DNA from: Pecten maximus
Lineage: Eukaryota
DNA length: 64,000 nucleotides
Assembly (NCBI RefSeq): GCF_902652985.1
Contig: NC_047024.1
Location: 36,456,001-36,520,000, forward strand
Reading direction: 5' to 3'
Of the stretch, positions 28,597 to 42,874 are shown in pieces (the first letter of the stretch is position 1; each line of letters opens with the position of its first letter). Position numbers and translations under genes: made by a program. Below the pieces are notes generated by a model that was not told where the DNA came from, made no database searches, and saw only the letters and a list, made by a program, of their open reading frames with translations.

Positions 28597-29660
28597 GAGA
28601 GAGACCGTATATCTGTGGAGCCTGTGGGGTCCAGTACAGCCAGAGTCACAGTCTAAAGAGTCACATCATCAACAAACATGATGGAATCATGTCGTATTAC
28701 ATCAAGGAGAAGCGTAACCGTTCCCCACGAGGTATGGGCTACTTGACCCAGGTCATACCCGACATGTACAAGATCTCCCCACAGCAATCCATGATGCCAC
28801 ACAATGTTCACAGTAACCATGGAAACCAACAACAGTCACTCCTGATGCCACAACACAACATTCCAATGCCACCACATCCACATGTCATGACTTCAATGCA
28901 TCCACAAGTCATGACCTCGCCCAACCACCAAGGTCAAGGTCAGCCAATGACTTCTCCCATGCAGAAGATGATGATGTCTCCACAACAGCAACAGCAACAG
29001 CAGCAGCAGCAACAACAACAACAGCAACAACAAATGGGAAGCCACCTCCAACAGGAGAATCGTCCCACCCACATAGGAGGGGAGCGTAATCAGCAGTCCC
29101 ATCCTCACAATATGCAGCAGAAATCTAGTCCCAACTACTATGCCAATGGGTTTCCATCACCTAACTTTCAGAACAACTTTCCACCACAGTTCAAGGTGCA
29201 CCAGCAAGTGGCACCGGTGGTGGAGGAACAGCCACTGCCACTGGTTACGAACACTACCACCAAGTCTCAGATGCCACTACAGGAAATTCGCAACAACCAG
29301 ATGGAGGAGAGCGGCATGAACAACCATGGTGCTATTGATCTCAGCAAGAAGGGCATGCCAAGTCACACTCTCCGTGACAATGGTCATCTTGAGGCTCTCA
29401 AGGCTCTGGAGATGTCAGGACTGGGGGAACGCCCAGAAAAAGATCATAAGTGCACAGAGAAGGGCACCGGAGAATGTGCTAATTGTGTTCATGAGTCTAA
29501 ACTCCGTACACTAAGACTAAATGTGGTCCGTATGCTCAGTATTCTGGTCCCAAATCTGAATTTCGAGGAGAAGGGAATCAGCGCTGATGGTGACTCGGTG
29601 GATGAACTCCTACATGATGTCATAGAAAGCAATATGCAGGAGGAGGAGATGAGTGAGTGA
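28597..29660 (+). CDS. C2H2 zinc-finger transcription factor, last coding exon (third finger, polyQ, C-terminal helical segment); spliced CDS 2760 nt, 919 aa
   Basis: Acceptor ttacag| at 28596; phase-1 join restores the TGERPY linker; finger CGACGVQYSQSHSLKSHIINKH; Q17 at 28983-29033; TGA at 29658-29660. Confidence 0.92.
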
Positions 29661-32655
29661 GGTCAAGGTCAGGTCAAGGTCACTAATATTTGGTAGTACC
29701 TTGTCAGCTATTTTGGGAGGATGTTCTATCAGTCTGTCTCTTTGTGGATGTGCCATATCATCGGACTTCTTCTTTGACCCATTTACATGTGACCACCTTA
29801 TAGATGGACAACTACTTATACCAAAGTCATATGATGATTATTCAAAGTCACAAAAATGTCTAGGGGTCACACAGATCACAAGCAAGGGTGTTCTGAAGCC
29901 GGTATTGTTACACCACAATTTAATATAATCAGTGATTATCTAATAATGAAAGTGATGATTGGCAGAATCATCTCAATATGTCAAACATATCAACCTGCCT
30001 GAAAGCTTATCATCTATTCATTACAAACCAAGAAACCAAGAATGCAATGGGTCAACTCTGGCGTCGTTTGACTGACACTTTCTCTATGGGAATTAAAATC
30101 AACACATCCATTTTCTAGCTTTCCTTTGAAACTTATATACATTTTATTCCTTCGTCACAAACATTATCGCCAAAATTGCACTTTTTTTTTTCTGCATGAC
30201 ATGGTTTATGTTATTTAGAATTCATACTTCTTAAATAGCTTTTTTTTTTTCATCATTTGTCTTTTTGAAAGCTCATTTCACTACTGGTCAATGAAACAAT
30301 GCCAATGTTGTCCCAAAGAGCACAAAGTGTTCAAAAACAAATATATGCCTTTTCCAAAGACTTTGAATAGTTCACAAATCAACTTTTTACTCATGTTTTG
30401 TCAAACCACCTGACACCAGCATTTCTCATAACAGCCTGCAGGAACTGCGGCAGTGACGTTCTGTGTTTGTTGTTTAATTGCATCTGGTCAAAGACCGCTC
30501 TACCATTCCTATTCATTATAATTCTACTTTTCACATTTTTTGTGTGAAATATAAACATTTATATATTATACGATATATTGCTGGTGCGTGGTACCACAGA
30601 TGTTGATTCTATTTTTGTTGGCATATAATGATAACAATTGATACGGACCACTGCTTGGACCACTTTGATGCAGACAATGGGATATGCAGCGTTGTTACCA
30701 TAGAGGAAACTGTACCATGGTGTATAGTGTGTAAGGTTTGTGTGAGGAGCTGCAAATTTCTCCGTGGCAAGGCAGTGTTTTTGATGTCACAGAGGTCACA
30801 TGGAGGTCACCAATGGATCGTAAACTTCTGTATATGGATTTTTTTGATTTTGAGAAAAATTCCATCACATTACCTGGTTGTGATAAGTGTAGTTTATGCA
30901 TGTATTTTAATGTGTAGAAGGCCCTCCCTACGTATATCATACTGTGGTTCTCAGCAGTGTAAATAAGGCCATTTCTATATATTATACTGTGGTCCTCAGC
31001 AGCTGTGTGCTGTGAACTTTACATTAATGGTACATCTAATCATGTTTTTTTTTCAGTTGAATCTCTATGATGGTAAACTTTCTGAACATGTTTTGATTAA
31101 TAATACCTTTCAGCAATTCAATATTTGAATTGCCTTGAATATTGGTCAGTGAAGAACAAAACAGATTTTGCACTTAAAATTGAATGCCTATTTAAGGTTT
31201 TTAGAAAGCTGTACTACATTTGTTTTTTCCGATGTAAATCCACTAGGCCGGGCTATGTCAAGTATTACGTTTTGTTTTCAGATCCTGCTAACTCGACCAA
31301 CTTATCCTAAATTACAAAACAAAATCAGCCCGTATAAAATAATGAAAATCGTGCTCTACTCTCACTTCTACTCATTTCCTTATATAAAGAGCTCAAAATA
31401 TGAAAATAATTCCCCTTTTTCTTGGTCAGTGAAACCCTCCTACCATGATGTATAAAAATTGAAACAAGAAGATATACTTGACATGGCTTGTTCAGTCATT
31501 GATGATTTGAATTCTTGGAATAGATTGCCAAAGACCCATTGTTAGAAATTTTTTTGAAGTGTTTGTTAAGTAGTTAAGATTTCTGTACTGAATATTCCAT
31601 AATATTAACAGAAATCTGTTACATTTGTTGTTTTGAATAATTAAAGAAAGATAACTCTTCCATTTTGTTTAGTAGCATCCCACCAAGACATTCACAATGT
31701 CGAAACTTCCATTTATTTGCTGTGATAACTTGCTGTATGATTCACTTCTCAGTGAATTCTACATCAAATTATCGCCTACATGATCAACACTCTGATGTTG
31801 TTTTGATCAAATCCATTTTATTGAATCTTATGTATATCATTTTTGATCTCAATTTTTTTTTTAGATGACGGTGCAAACATTTTTGTTAAAGACTAGAAAT
31901 GAGAAATATTTTAATCTGTTGATTTTTTGTACCATATCAAAATACAATTTGTCTCGCATGCCAAAGTGTAGAGCAAAATGGCTAACTTTTGAGTTTACAT
32001 GTAATGATTGTTGTTATTTAAGAATGTTTTTTGCAAAGTGCAAAATCTGTTTGCTTCCAAAATGATTGCTAGTGCTATTGTTGTTTATAAGTGGTATGTC
32101 TGTTGAGTCTGTGTTAAATGTTAGGTCCCTTGATGGGCACATGTTTAGATCTCCATTGTTGTATCTGTGTATGTCATCTATGTATATTTTGTAAACTAAC
32201 ACAAATTAATTGAGCTCTTGTCAAAATATATGTAGATTTTACAACAAAAACAGTTTTAAAAAAATGCAAAAAATATGTTATTTTTTGTATCTGTTAGACC
32301 AAGAGGAGAGAGAGAGAGAGAGGAGAAGGGAAAAAAAAACAAAAAAAAAAGGATTGAAGAAATTTTAAATAATCAAATGTTAAATTGTGTTACTGATGTT
32401 TAAATGATACATTCCATGCAGTACTGCATTATATGTTTTTTTGTAGAGTGGTGTCATCATCTGTTTCACAGTATATCTTGTCTTATCACTGCTGATCAAT
32501 ATCAGTAATAATATACTGCTGTATCCATTTTCTAAATTTTATTTTCAAAACCATTTAATATCAAATATCTTACAATCTGTTGTTGCAAAACTTTGTCTTT
32601 TTCATTTTAATTAATGTATTATCTACCTTTGTTGGTATATATATGCCAGTTCATA

Positions 32656-34224
32656 TGTACAGGTAACCATTCCTCTGTACAGGTAACTGTTCCCTTTAAC
32701 AGTTTACCATTCCTCTGTACAGGTAACTGTTCCCTTTAACAGTTACCATTCCTCTGTACAGTCAACTGTTCCCTAAACAGTTTACCATTCCTCTGTACAG
32801 GTAACTGTTCCCTTTAACAGTTTACCATTCCTCTGTACAGGTAACTGTTCCCTTTAACAGTTTACCATTCCTCTGTACAGGTAACTGTTCCCTTTAACAG
32901 TTTACCATTCCTCTGTACAGGTAACTGTTCCCTTGAATAGTTTACCATTCCTCTGTACAGGTAACTGTTCCCTTTAACAGTTTACCATTCCTCTGTACAG
33001 GTAACTGTTCCCTTTAACAGTTTACCATTCCTCTGTACAGGTAACTGTTCCCTTTAACAGTTTACCATTCCTCTGTACAGGTAACTGTTCCCTTTAACAG
33101 TTTACCATTCCTCTGTACAGGTAACTGTTCCCTTTAACAGTTTACCATTCCTCTGTACAGGTAACTGTTCCCTTTAACAGTTTACCATTCCTCTGTACAG
33201 GTAACTTTTCCCTTTAACAGTTTACCATTCCTCTGTACAAGTAACTGTTCCCTTTAACAGTTTACCATTCCTCTGTACAGGTAACTGTTCCCTTTAACAA
33301 TTTACCATTCCTCTGTACAGGTAACTGTTCCCTTTAACAGTTTACCATTCCTCTGTACAGGTAACTGTTCCCTTTAACAGTTTACCATTCCTCTGTACAG
33401 GTAACTGTTCCCTTGAACAGTTTACCATTCCTCTGTACAGGTAACTGTTCCCTTTAACAATTTACCATTCCTCTGTACAGGTAACTGTTCCCTTTAATAG
33501 TTTACCATTCCTCTGTACAGGTAACTGTTCCCTTTAACAGTTTACGATTCCTCTGTACAGGTAACTGTTCCCTTTAACAGTTTACCATTCCTCTGTACAG
33601 GTAACTGTTCCCTTTAATAGTTTACCATTCCTCTGTACAGGTAACTGTTCCCTTTAACAGTTTACCATTTCTCTGTACAGGTAACTGTTCCCTTAAATAG
33701 TTGACCATTCCTCTGTACAGGTAACTGTTCCCTTTAACAGTTTACCATTCCTCTGTACAGGTAACTGTTCCCTTTAATAGTTTACCATTCCTCTGTACAG
33801 GTAACTTTTCCCTTTAACAGTTTACCATTCCTCTGTACAGGTAACTGTTCCCTTCAATAGTTTACCATTCCTCTGTACAGGTAACTGTTCCCTTTAATAG
33901 TTTACCATTCCTCTGTACAGGTAACTGTTCCCTTTAACAGTTTACCATTCCTCATGTACAGGTAACTGTTCCCTTTAACAGTTTACCATTCCTCTGTACA
34001 GGTAACTGTTCCCTTGAATAGTTTACCATTCCTCTGTACAGGTAACTGTTCCCTTTAACAGTTTACCATTCCTCTGTACAGGTAACTGTTCCCTTTAACA
34101 ATTTACCATTCCTCTGTACGGGTAACTGTTCCCTTTAACAATTTACCATTCCTCTGTACAGGTAACTGTTCCCTTTAACAGTTTACCATTCCGCTGTACA
34201 GGTAACTGTTCCCTTTAACAGGTA
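32656..34224. repeat. 40-bp minisatellite (diverged 20-bp dimer), ~39 copies
   Basis: Unit tttaccattcctctgtacaggtaactgttccctttaacag. Confidence 0.98.
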
Positions 34225-37200
34225 TCTTATTCCCAGACAGGTAACCATATTGCTTCTTTAAACATAACAAAGCTAACAAGTTTTAAGGTGTAAGTCTTAT
34301 TTTATCAATTTTCTTCCTTGCATCAAATGCTCCTATTATATTGAATAATAATTTAAATTTGTCCATATTTTTTCCAAGCAACTTTTCTGGGCATAAAATG
34401 CTCATAGGTTTGATACACATTATTATTTCAAGCAGTCACCAGATTGAGTGTGATTGTCAATAAACAATCCACTTTCAGATAATTCTGCCATCAGTATTGA
34501 TGAGTACAGAATTATTTGTATCAATTTCACTTTATGCAGTAAGTGCCTCATGAACATGATTTAAGCTAAATGTTTCAATAAAATGCATATTTTGTTAAAG
34601 AGTTGTTAGCTCAAGTTCAACAGATACAGAATTTACTAAACGTTTGGAGCCAAAACGATGTATTTTCCTGGGAATGATCATATGCTATATTTGTTTTTTT
34701 CATAGTTTCTTTCATTGTTTACATGTATGTATTAAACACAATTTTATTCTTTCCACGAAAATAACAAAATTTAAAAGCCCTTTTAACCTTTCCATTGTCC
34801 TCCCCTAATGGTTCCCTACCTGATGTAACCCCACTGTGAAATAGACACAGGTTTTGCAACATCGGATTAGACTTAATTGATTTCTGATATTTCAGTTGTG
34901 AAGATCAATCTTGCACTCTTTGCTCTAATTCATGTGAGTATTTTACGGATATAACAATGTTTGCCTTATTATTATTACGATATACAACATTATCATCATT
35001 CCATTTCAAGGGTGGAGATATTTTACTGCGTTGGACATTGTGTTACCTGTATATTTTGTGACATGTTTTGGTTATTTAACATTGATCTTCAAACATAAGA
35101 ATAGGCAGCAAGCGGATCCTGACCATTATCTAGGTGCTTTATACAAAGAGTTGTTTCCCCTTGTTTTTCTTAACAACATAAACACATTCCTTTCCCTATT
35201 TACGGTGCTATACGTATGTAAGTTTCTGTTTTTATGCAAATGAAAGACCGCAAAATAACATGAGATCCAATGTCTATAAGGAATTTATCCTTGGAACATT
35301 TTTCAGCAAAGAGTTTTTTCTTCTTAAATTCTGATTTCAACTATTTTGAAAATATACAAGCTATGTATTGACAGGATTATGTAGCATCAGTTTTAACAGT
35401 TTTCTTTAAGATAATATTACATATTTGTGAAGGTCATTTGACCTTTTTAGATTTTAGTACGACTATTTTAGTGAGTAAATTATGTCCTTTTGGTTTCCCT
35501 GGGGACTGAACGACCTTGACATGTGACATTGTCACTCCATAACTACGAGACTCCATAACTACGAGACTTACAGTTGTTCAGTAAGAGGCAGCATACCACA
35601 CTTCATGTATATTCAGTATTCTCACTGATACAGAAATTCAGTATTCAATGATTTTTAACAGACATCCGATGAAAAACATTTCTTTTTCAAAATAGACATC
35701 ATTTATTTTCTATATAAAAAACATGTTTCAACTTCTATTCATTGACTGTTAAATGTTCATTTTTCGGATTGAAATTTTACATGCATTGGTGAGATCTTTT
35801 TTGTGACTTTAGTCGCCAGGGAAACTTGTTTGGAGGGATATGTTTACCTGTGTATAAATATTTTACTATGATAAAGAGAAAAAAGCCTGCCAGATATGAT
35901 ATGCATTTAAGATTGTTGATGATAATGTGCACTTTTTTGTATGTGTTCCACCTGTGTTTGAGGCATTAGAGTGCCCCGGACGCTCTAGTATGTAAGCTGC
36001 TGACGTTGTGTAATCCAGTATTAATTCATTTGATGATGTTCGAGAGTTTGATCATCAACATTACTTTCCTTTGTTAACTCACTCTAACAGATCTATTGTC
36101 GAGACCTGGTCTTTTTTTTTTAAATCCACTTGCATCCTGCACCTTGGTCGGAGGTCTGTTCAATATGAGAATTTTTTTCATGAAGATTTTTCAATTCTTC
36201 CGCCATGTTTTGCTACCTATCATAATTATATCAATTGCAATCATCCTACTTAATAATGATATAGAGATGTGTTCTTTCTCCCAGTGTTCTATGAATGTGT
36301 TCCTGAGGTGTTCATGACAGTTGTTCTCTAGTCCCATAATTAAGAACATCTTATCTTCGACTGCCATTGTTTTGGAATGTGACCATTTTTATTCTTGTTG
36401 ATGTCTATTTTGTTATTTTTATTTTTTTTAACAACTTTTTTTTTATTCAGTTTTACTCCGGTTGTGTTCTGTGTACATAATTTGTGACTTGTTTTTGTTA
36501 TTCTATAACCAAATGTGTTCAAAAGGTTGAAAATGAGATATAAATGTGTTCTGTTTAGGGGTTTTGTCACCAGTGAAGAAATTTAGAACTGTTGTCTGTA
36601 CAAAAGAAGGGAATGTTTTTGGAAATGCTTTTGAGATAATGAGTGCTATTACATATTGAAAAAGATACATCTAACAATGAATTGAACATCTTAGCTAAAT
36701 ATTGACGTAAATATTTGAGTATGGGGTTTATTCTATATGAAAATGATGCATGATTAAATATTGCTATCATATATGATGGACGTTTCCCAATGGATGTCTA
36801 ATCTTCCCACCTACAGTAGAGTTACTTGCCCCTGAGTGCTAAGTACTTGGTGAGAACAGAATCTGAATGTCTGACTTTGAACATGTATATATTTATCTAT
36901 TCTAGTTTTTTTACTTCATCTCATTAGTTTCCATTTAAATCAAGATGTTTTCAAACTTAAGAAGATCAGAATTTCAGATGCCCTTAATAAATTGTTACTT
37001 TTTTTAACCAAGGGAAAATATATTATGAATATGTATTGCATTTTCATTACCAACCACAGCCTTTCTTTCTTAAAGATTCTGAAAGATTTTATCTGAACAC
37101 ATTTGATTAATATGAACTTAATTTTCACATGAACTTTTTCAAAGAAATTTTAAGTTTTGAAATCAACATAGCATTAAGTGAAAACATCTTCATTTCCTCT

Positions 37201-40200
37201 CTTGTCAACATCCTTCATTTTATAGGTAGTTGTAGTATTCATTTCACTAAGGCAACTAAGACAGTATCTGTCTCCTTGTAACCATGGTGATCTCACCTAC
37301 CATATATGGTCGTGTGTGGTGCCATGATCTAGTCAACTGTAGCCTGGACTAGGAACCTAAGGGAGACAACCCACGGAACCTAAGGGAGACAACCAATGTA
37401 ATCACATACATTAAACATATGTAAAGTGCTGTTATTTATAGTGGAATATTTGTTTTCCTATTCTTAATCTTTCATTTCTTATGGAATTGTTAAAAAAAAG
37501 TTGCCTGCATGTTTAGGTGCAGAAGCTACTATTGGCAGCCATGTATGTAATGTCGTATGCACAGTGGATGGTTGTTGTGTCTTCTCATATGATAAAAAAA
37601 AAATCATGTTTCCAAATACAGATAAAAGATCTGTTTTGAGTTAGATAACCAGCATTATGTGTATGCTGTACATCTTTTTATATTTTCTAAGTGCTGGTTA
37701 TTCCCTGATCGTCCCCTTAGCTTATTTTCACTAAGCTATTAAAACTCAACACCATGCAGCAACTCTCTCCCGTCCCTGTATAGAAATACTCTTTAAAATC
37801 TTGCCTTCAAAAGGCGGTAGTGTCCGATATAGTTTCGGCAAGTTTGTAGATTGTTTTGTAGGACTTTCCGAAGGTCTCCCCTGTATTCTTTGTCTAAACA
37901 TAAATCTGTGATCCAGATCACCAACCATTTTAGATATTTTTTTGAAAGTTTTTCATTTTATAGTTAGTGATCTGGTACTTATTCAAATGAAATATAAGAT
38001 TAAAAATTCTAAGATGATGAAGAATGTGTGATAGGAAAAGAATTGATATCATTTGTAGATTCAGACCAATACTTAGATGTAGACTACTTATCTGTCAAAT
38101 CTAGAACAAATCTTTTTTATTCTGATTTCTGTATTTTTTCAATTATGTTGAGAATCTCATTAAAAATGGGAATTTGCATACTCAAATGTAAATGGCTAAA
38201 GTATAAATAGAATCTGAGGTTGTATACAACATTTGGACATACATGGTCCAGGTGTGATTTTGCCAAGACTGGTTGGTCCATGTGCTCTTTAGTTGAGGTG
38301 TTTTCCCTTAAAGACCAACACTAATCTAGAGTGGTAAACTTGATACTAAGGACATCCCGTCCATAAATCAACTAATTTAATTGTGTCAAGTCACAATAAA
38401 TGCTTCAGTAAATGAATTGTTGAGAAATACTGTGTTTCCTTTTACCTATATAGCTGTAAGCCTATCTTTGGTGTACTGAACTAGTACTGAACTACTACCC
38501 AGCCATAGTAACTCCTAAGGGAGGTCACTCTTTGTAGATACAATTGGATGTGTGAATGCAATGATGAAATAGTTTTGTGATTTAATTGCAAACGGATGGT
38601 GTTGTGTATACACTTACTATGGTATAAGTGCTATTATTAATATGGCATATTTTTTAATTATATATATTATATATTATGTATGACTGTATGTAATTATGGC
38701 CCTTATATAAACATCCATCAGTGTCAAACATATTGAGGAATTTGATTCCCTTCTCTCAAGAACCTCTTTTGAAGAAGAGCAATTTCTATGTTATTACAAT
38801 CCAGGTAACGTTATAGTTTATTCTTTGATGTTTGATATCGCATATCAAGAAATTAAACATTTCACCTGCCAGAAAATCAGTTCAGAAGAATTCCAACAAT
38901 AGAGATCATTTTAGAAACTTGAAGTTGCTAAATTGAAAGTGCAAGATTGCCAGCTGATGACCAATGAGGTGTTGAGAGAAGAGAAACATGTTCTCTGACA
39001 CTTGGCCTTTGTGTATGTAGCATATAGAGCTTCCCAGTGACCGTGTATTTTGTATACATAGGTATAATGTCTTGATTCCAACTATTTATTATTAAATACT
39101 TTTTAAATATGTGTTTAAACTAAGACTGATGAACCTAAACCAAAGAAATTCTAGGGTTTTTACCCCAGTACCAATTATATACTTGTAAAATGTCTTCCCA
39201 CCGTCTCCTACTTATGTTGTGTGTCGTGCTACCAGCTTAACTAAATGTATTCATTAGGACTACAAAACTCGTTGTTGTTGACTATATATTGCTGTGGCCA
39301 TTTTATCGGTCGTGGGGCAGTGACACTTTGTTTGACCACCCATGTATGTGTTCAGCTATATATCTGCTGGCATAATTCTTTTTTTTTTTTCTTTTTTTTT
39401 TTTGTGACCAAACTTTAGTCACAAATTTATCTTTTACTGCCATTTTATGTATGTGTTCAATATTAAGATACAAATTGTTTGCTGTCAGCTGGCTTTTTTA
39501 CAAGCAGATATTTGTTTATAATGCCCTTAGTTACGTTATGATTTACAGTTGGATAATTATCAGTTTCCTGATCAGATAGGAAACCTGACATTCCTTTGTT
39601 CTTCCAACCTGTTTGTAAACCTGTTGTTATGCAACAAAGTCTTGCAATTTGTTTATTAAATGCGTAGTATACTAGGTAGTGTATAAAAAGATACTGTTTC
39701 CTGAAATGAAGACTGATTTGTATATTCTGCATCAGACAGTTTGCTAACAGATGTTTGGCTTGAAGGATAATAACACCATCTAAGACAATTTAACTCGATT
39801 TAGTGAGAAGTTTTAACCTTTTAAGCAAGTGTTTATGACAACTACCAAACCTGTAAAATAATGAAATAATTATATTTTTATGAAAACAAATTGATATTAT
39901 TGGTCTTTATTTTGTCCAAAAGATAAAATTGACAAAAAAACATCACTGAACTGGTTTTAGAATACTAATTGATGTAATATGTAATTGGTGCCTGAGCTAT
40001 TTGAATATGAAGAAAGCTAAATGATTGAACTATGCCATGAACTCGCATGTCTTGATGTTTAGTATATGCAAACCTTGTGTTGGTATGTGGCGGTCCTGGG
40101 ACCAGAGTACAGTTATCTTTGCCTTAGGAAGTTTCTCTCTTTCCATACATGTTTTGGCATATTATTAGTGTACTATTTATTATCTCTACGAGGAAATTTT

Positions 40201-40300
40201 GTCCATCTCCAATACATTCCATACATGTGTATAAAGTTATAGTATTTTTGAGAATTTGTTATCAGATTATATATGTTGATGTAACATATCGTGTACTGTT

Positions 40301-40430
40301 GAGAGCCACTGTTGCTTAGTGGAGAGCCACTATCGCTAAGGTAGAGAGCCACTGTTGCTAAGGTGGAGAGCCACTGTTGCTAAGGTGGAGAGCCACTGTT
40401 GCTCAGTGGAGAACCACTTGCCAAGGTGGA
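40301..40430. repeat. ~22-bp tandem repeat, ~6 copies
   Basis: gagagccactgttgctaaggtg and variants. Confidence 0.85.
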
Positions 40431-41354
40431 TAAGTCAGTTGCTTGGAATAAGTGCCATATTCATTTGATGAGAAAGAAAGGGGTTCAACTCAATAGCTTT
40501 AAAATTATTTTAAAGTTCTATAAAGATTCGGATTCCATTTTGATTCGTTTATCCAGTTTCATTATTTATTTTAAAAGGTTATAATGTAAGAGTTGTCCCC
40601 CTTCATGCTAAGTGTGCTCCAGATGGAGAAATTATAAGTTTTGAAAAACAAACACAAAAGCTTCCATTTTGAGAAATGAAAAGAATGCAAATTATTGTTT
40701 CAAAATATACCATGTTTATTATGTCTATTGTGCTCACTTAAATATCATTTTTGTAAACAAGTTTTTGTTGTCGCTTCTACCTCAGTTGCATGTGGTAGGT
40801 TTGTAGGCAGAGTTCAGATACACAGCCGAACCACTGCCTTACCTAAGTTCAATTATGTTCTCATTTTTATAGTATTGAACAGCATTTCCTTATTTTTACA
40901 ATATTATGAAACTTAAAGGTCGCTAACAAAACAAAAAGTGACTGGTTTGTACATGTCCACTACAAAAGATGTGACTCCTTTTAAGCCCAGCGAAGAGTTT
41001 TTGTCCCTGTAAACTGTAGTATTAGATATATTGTGTCTTTAGAGTGCTTACTGTGGTTTTGTATGTTATTGCGAAATGAATGCGCATGTCCATTGTTTTA
41101 GAAGTCTACTTATTGTAGCGTAGCAAACTAAAATAAAGCAATAATTAAGATATTTATCGTTATTGTGATATTTTCTCTCAATTTATGGTAAACCATAGCA
41201 TATGGACAGAACACTTGTAGTATTTCTGACTAGGCATATACAAGTGATCTTTATCTCCTTGGAGAATAAAGGTTTGACTAGACATTGGAGATTGATCTTT
41301 AATCCTAAGATAAGTAACATTTCTGACGGACTTAAATGATTGACATTGAAAACC

Positions 41355-41720
41355 AGGAGAGTGACATTTCTGACCATACAGACGAGATTGACCTTTAACC
41401 CTTGGAAAGTAATATTTCTGACCATACAGACGAGATTGACCTTTAACCCTATAGCTAGGAGAGTATAACATTTCTGATCATACGGACCGGATTGACCTTT
41501 AACCCAAGGAGAGTATAACATTTCTGACCATGCAGACGAGATTGACCTTTAACCCTAGGAGAGTATGACATTTCTGACCATACAGACGGGATTGACCTTT
41601 AACCCTAGGAGAGTAACATTTCTGATCATACGAACCGGATTGACCTTTAACCCTAGGAGAGAAGCATTTCTGACAATGCAGACGAAATTGACTTTTAACC
41701 CCAAAGGAGTAATAGTTCTG
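41355..41720. repeat. Diverged ~52-56-bp tandem repeat, ~7 copies
   Basis: Recurrent acatttctgaccatacagacgagattgacctttaaccc core; explains the overlapping short ORFs here. Confidence 0.85.
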
Positions 41721-42874
41721 AACACGCAGACGAGATGGGCCATGTCTATGTGTTGTCTTTAACTCTAAGGCTAACATGTACATGTACCTCATGATCGTTC
41801 CATTCCAAAAGGAAAGTATAGACCGAGGTGGTGTATCGTTGTTATCCTCTCGGTCTGCTGCCCCTCGTATTCCGAATAGAACACAGACGAATGACATATG
41901 AACAACATAAATATCAAAGTCCTTCCAGACTTTGTGAGATAATGATGTTTATAAAGAATATGAACAATTTAACAACCCATTTTGTAAGGCTGCTTGAAAA
42001 GGGCGTCCTGATGCTATATATACATTAATGCATAATAAAATGTGGCACGATTTGACGTTATCGTCTAAACATGACACGCGTTATATGAAGGTGTACCGAT
42101 AACAACTGTTAGCTTGATTCCGTCAACACATGGGGATCACTATATGTTCCGCTATGTCAGAAGATGTGTGTATTTTGTAAAAGTTACGAAAAACACGAAA
42201 AATGTATTTAAAAACTTAAAGGTCATTTCAAGGTCTCAATGTAACTCTGTGCCAGGTTTGGTTGGAATAAGCTTAACTTAGTGCAAGGTGTTCCGAACGG
42301 TATGCACCTTCTGCTTTGTTCACTATTTAACTTAGAGCAAAAACAGTCCGGTTTCTAGGCATCCTTAATCCGCAGGTGCTTTTTTGACGACACCCGCCAT
42401 GGAAATCTTAATCGAGTCACATTAGTCCTTACGGATGACAATGTCTTGTTATCATACTATACCCAGGATGGTGGAAACGGAACCACTACACGCAACACAC
42501 ATCTAACACGTCTTCTTGTTCTGGAAATAGAGCAGTTCGAAACTTTCCCCCATTGGTTCACATACATGCAGTGTGCATCTGTGGAAACCGTTTTTGGTTT
42601 TTTTTTTGTTTTTTTTTTGTTTTTTGTTGGTTTTTTGTCAGTATTCGAAATAGATCACGTCTAACTATATATCAAGTTGGTTAATTGAGCACAATGTTTA
42701 CGGTGACGAAAAAAACGCCATAGTCCTGTCTTTGCGACTTCTCGTCGAAGGAAATTGAATTAATGTAAACGACCCGACCATCTCGTGTCAGTTTTAGTGC
42801 TGAAATAATGACATTCGTGTATGATAACTGATGCAAACGGTGCCATTGCTTTGAGTCGCCATGATCAAAAACAG

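Noticed and set aside
37690-37930. Possible decayed non-autonomous interspersed repeat
   Set aside because: Only vague resemblance; no termini or TSD could be identified without a repeat-library search
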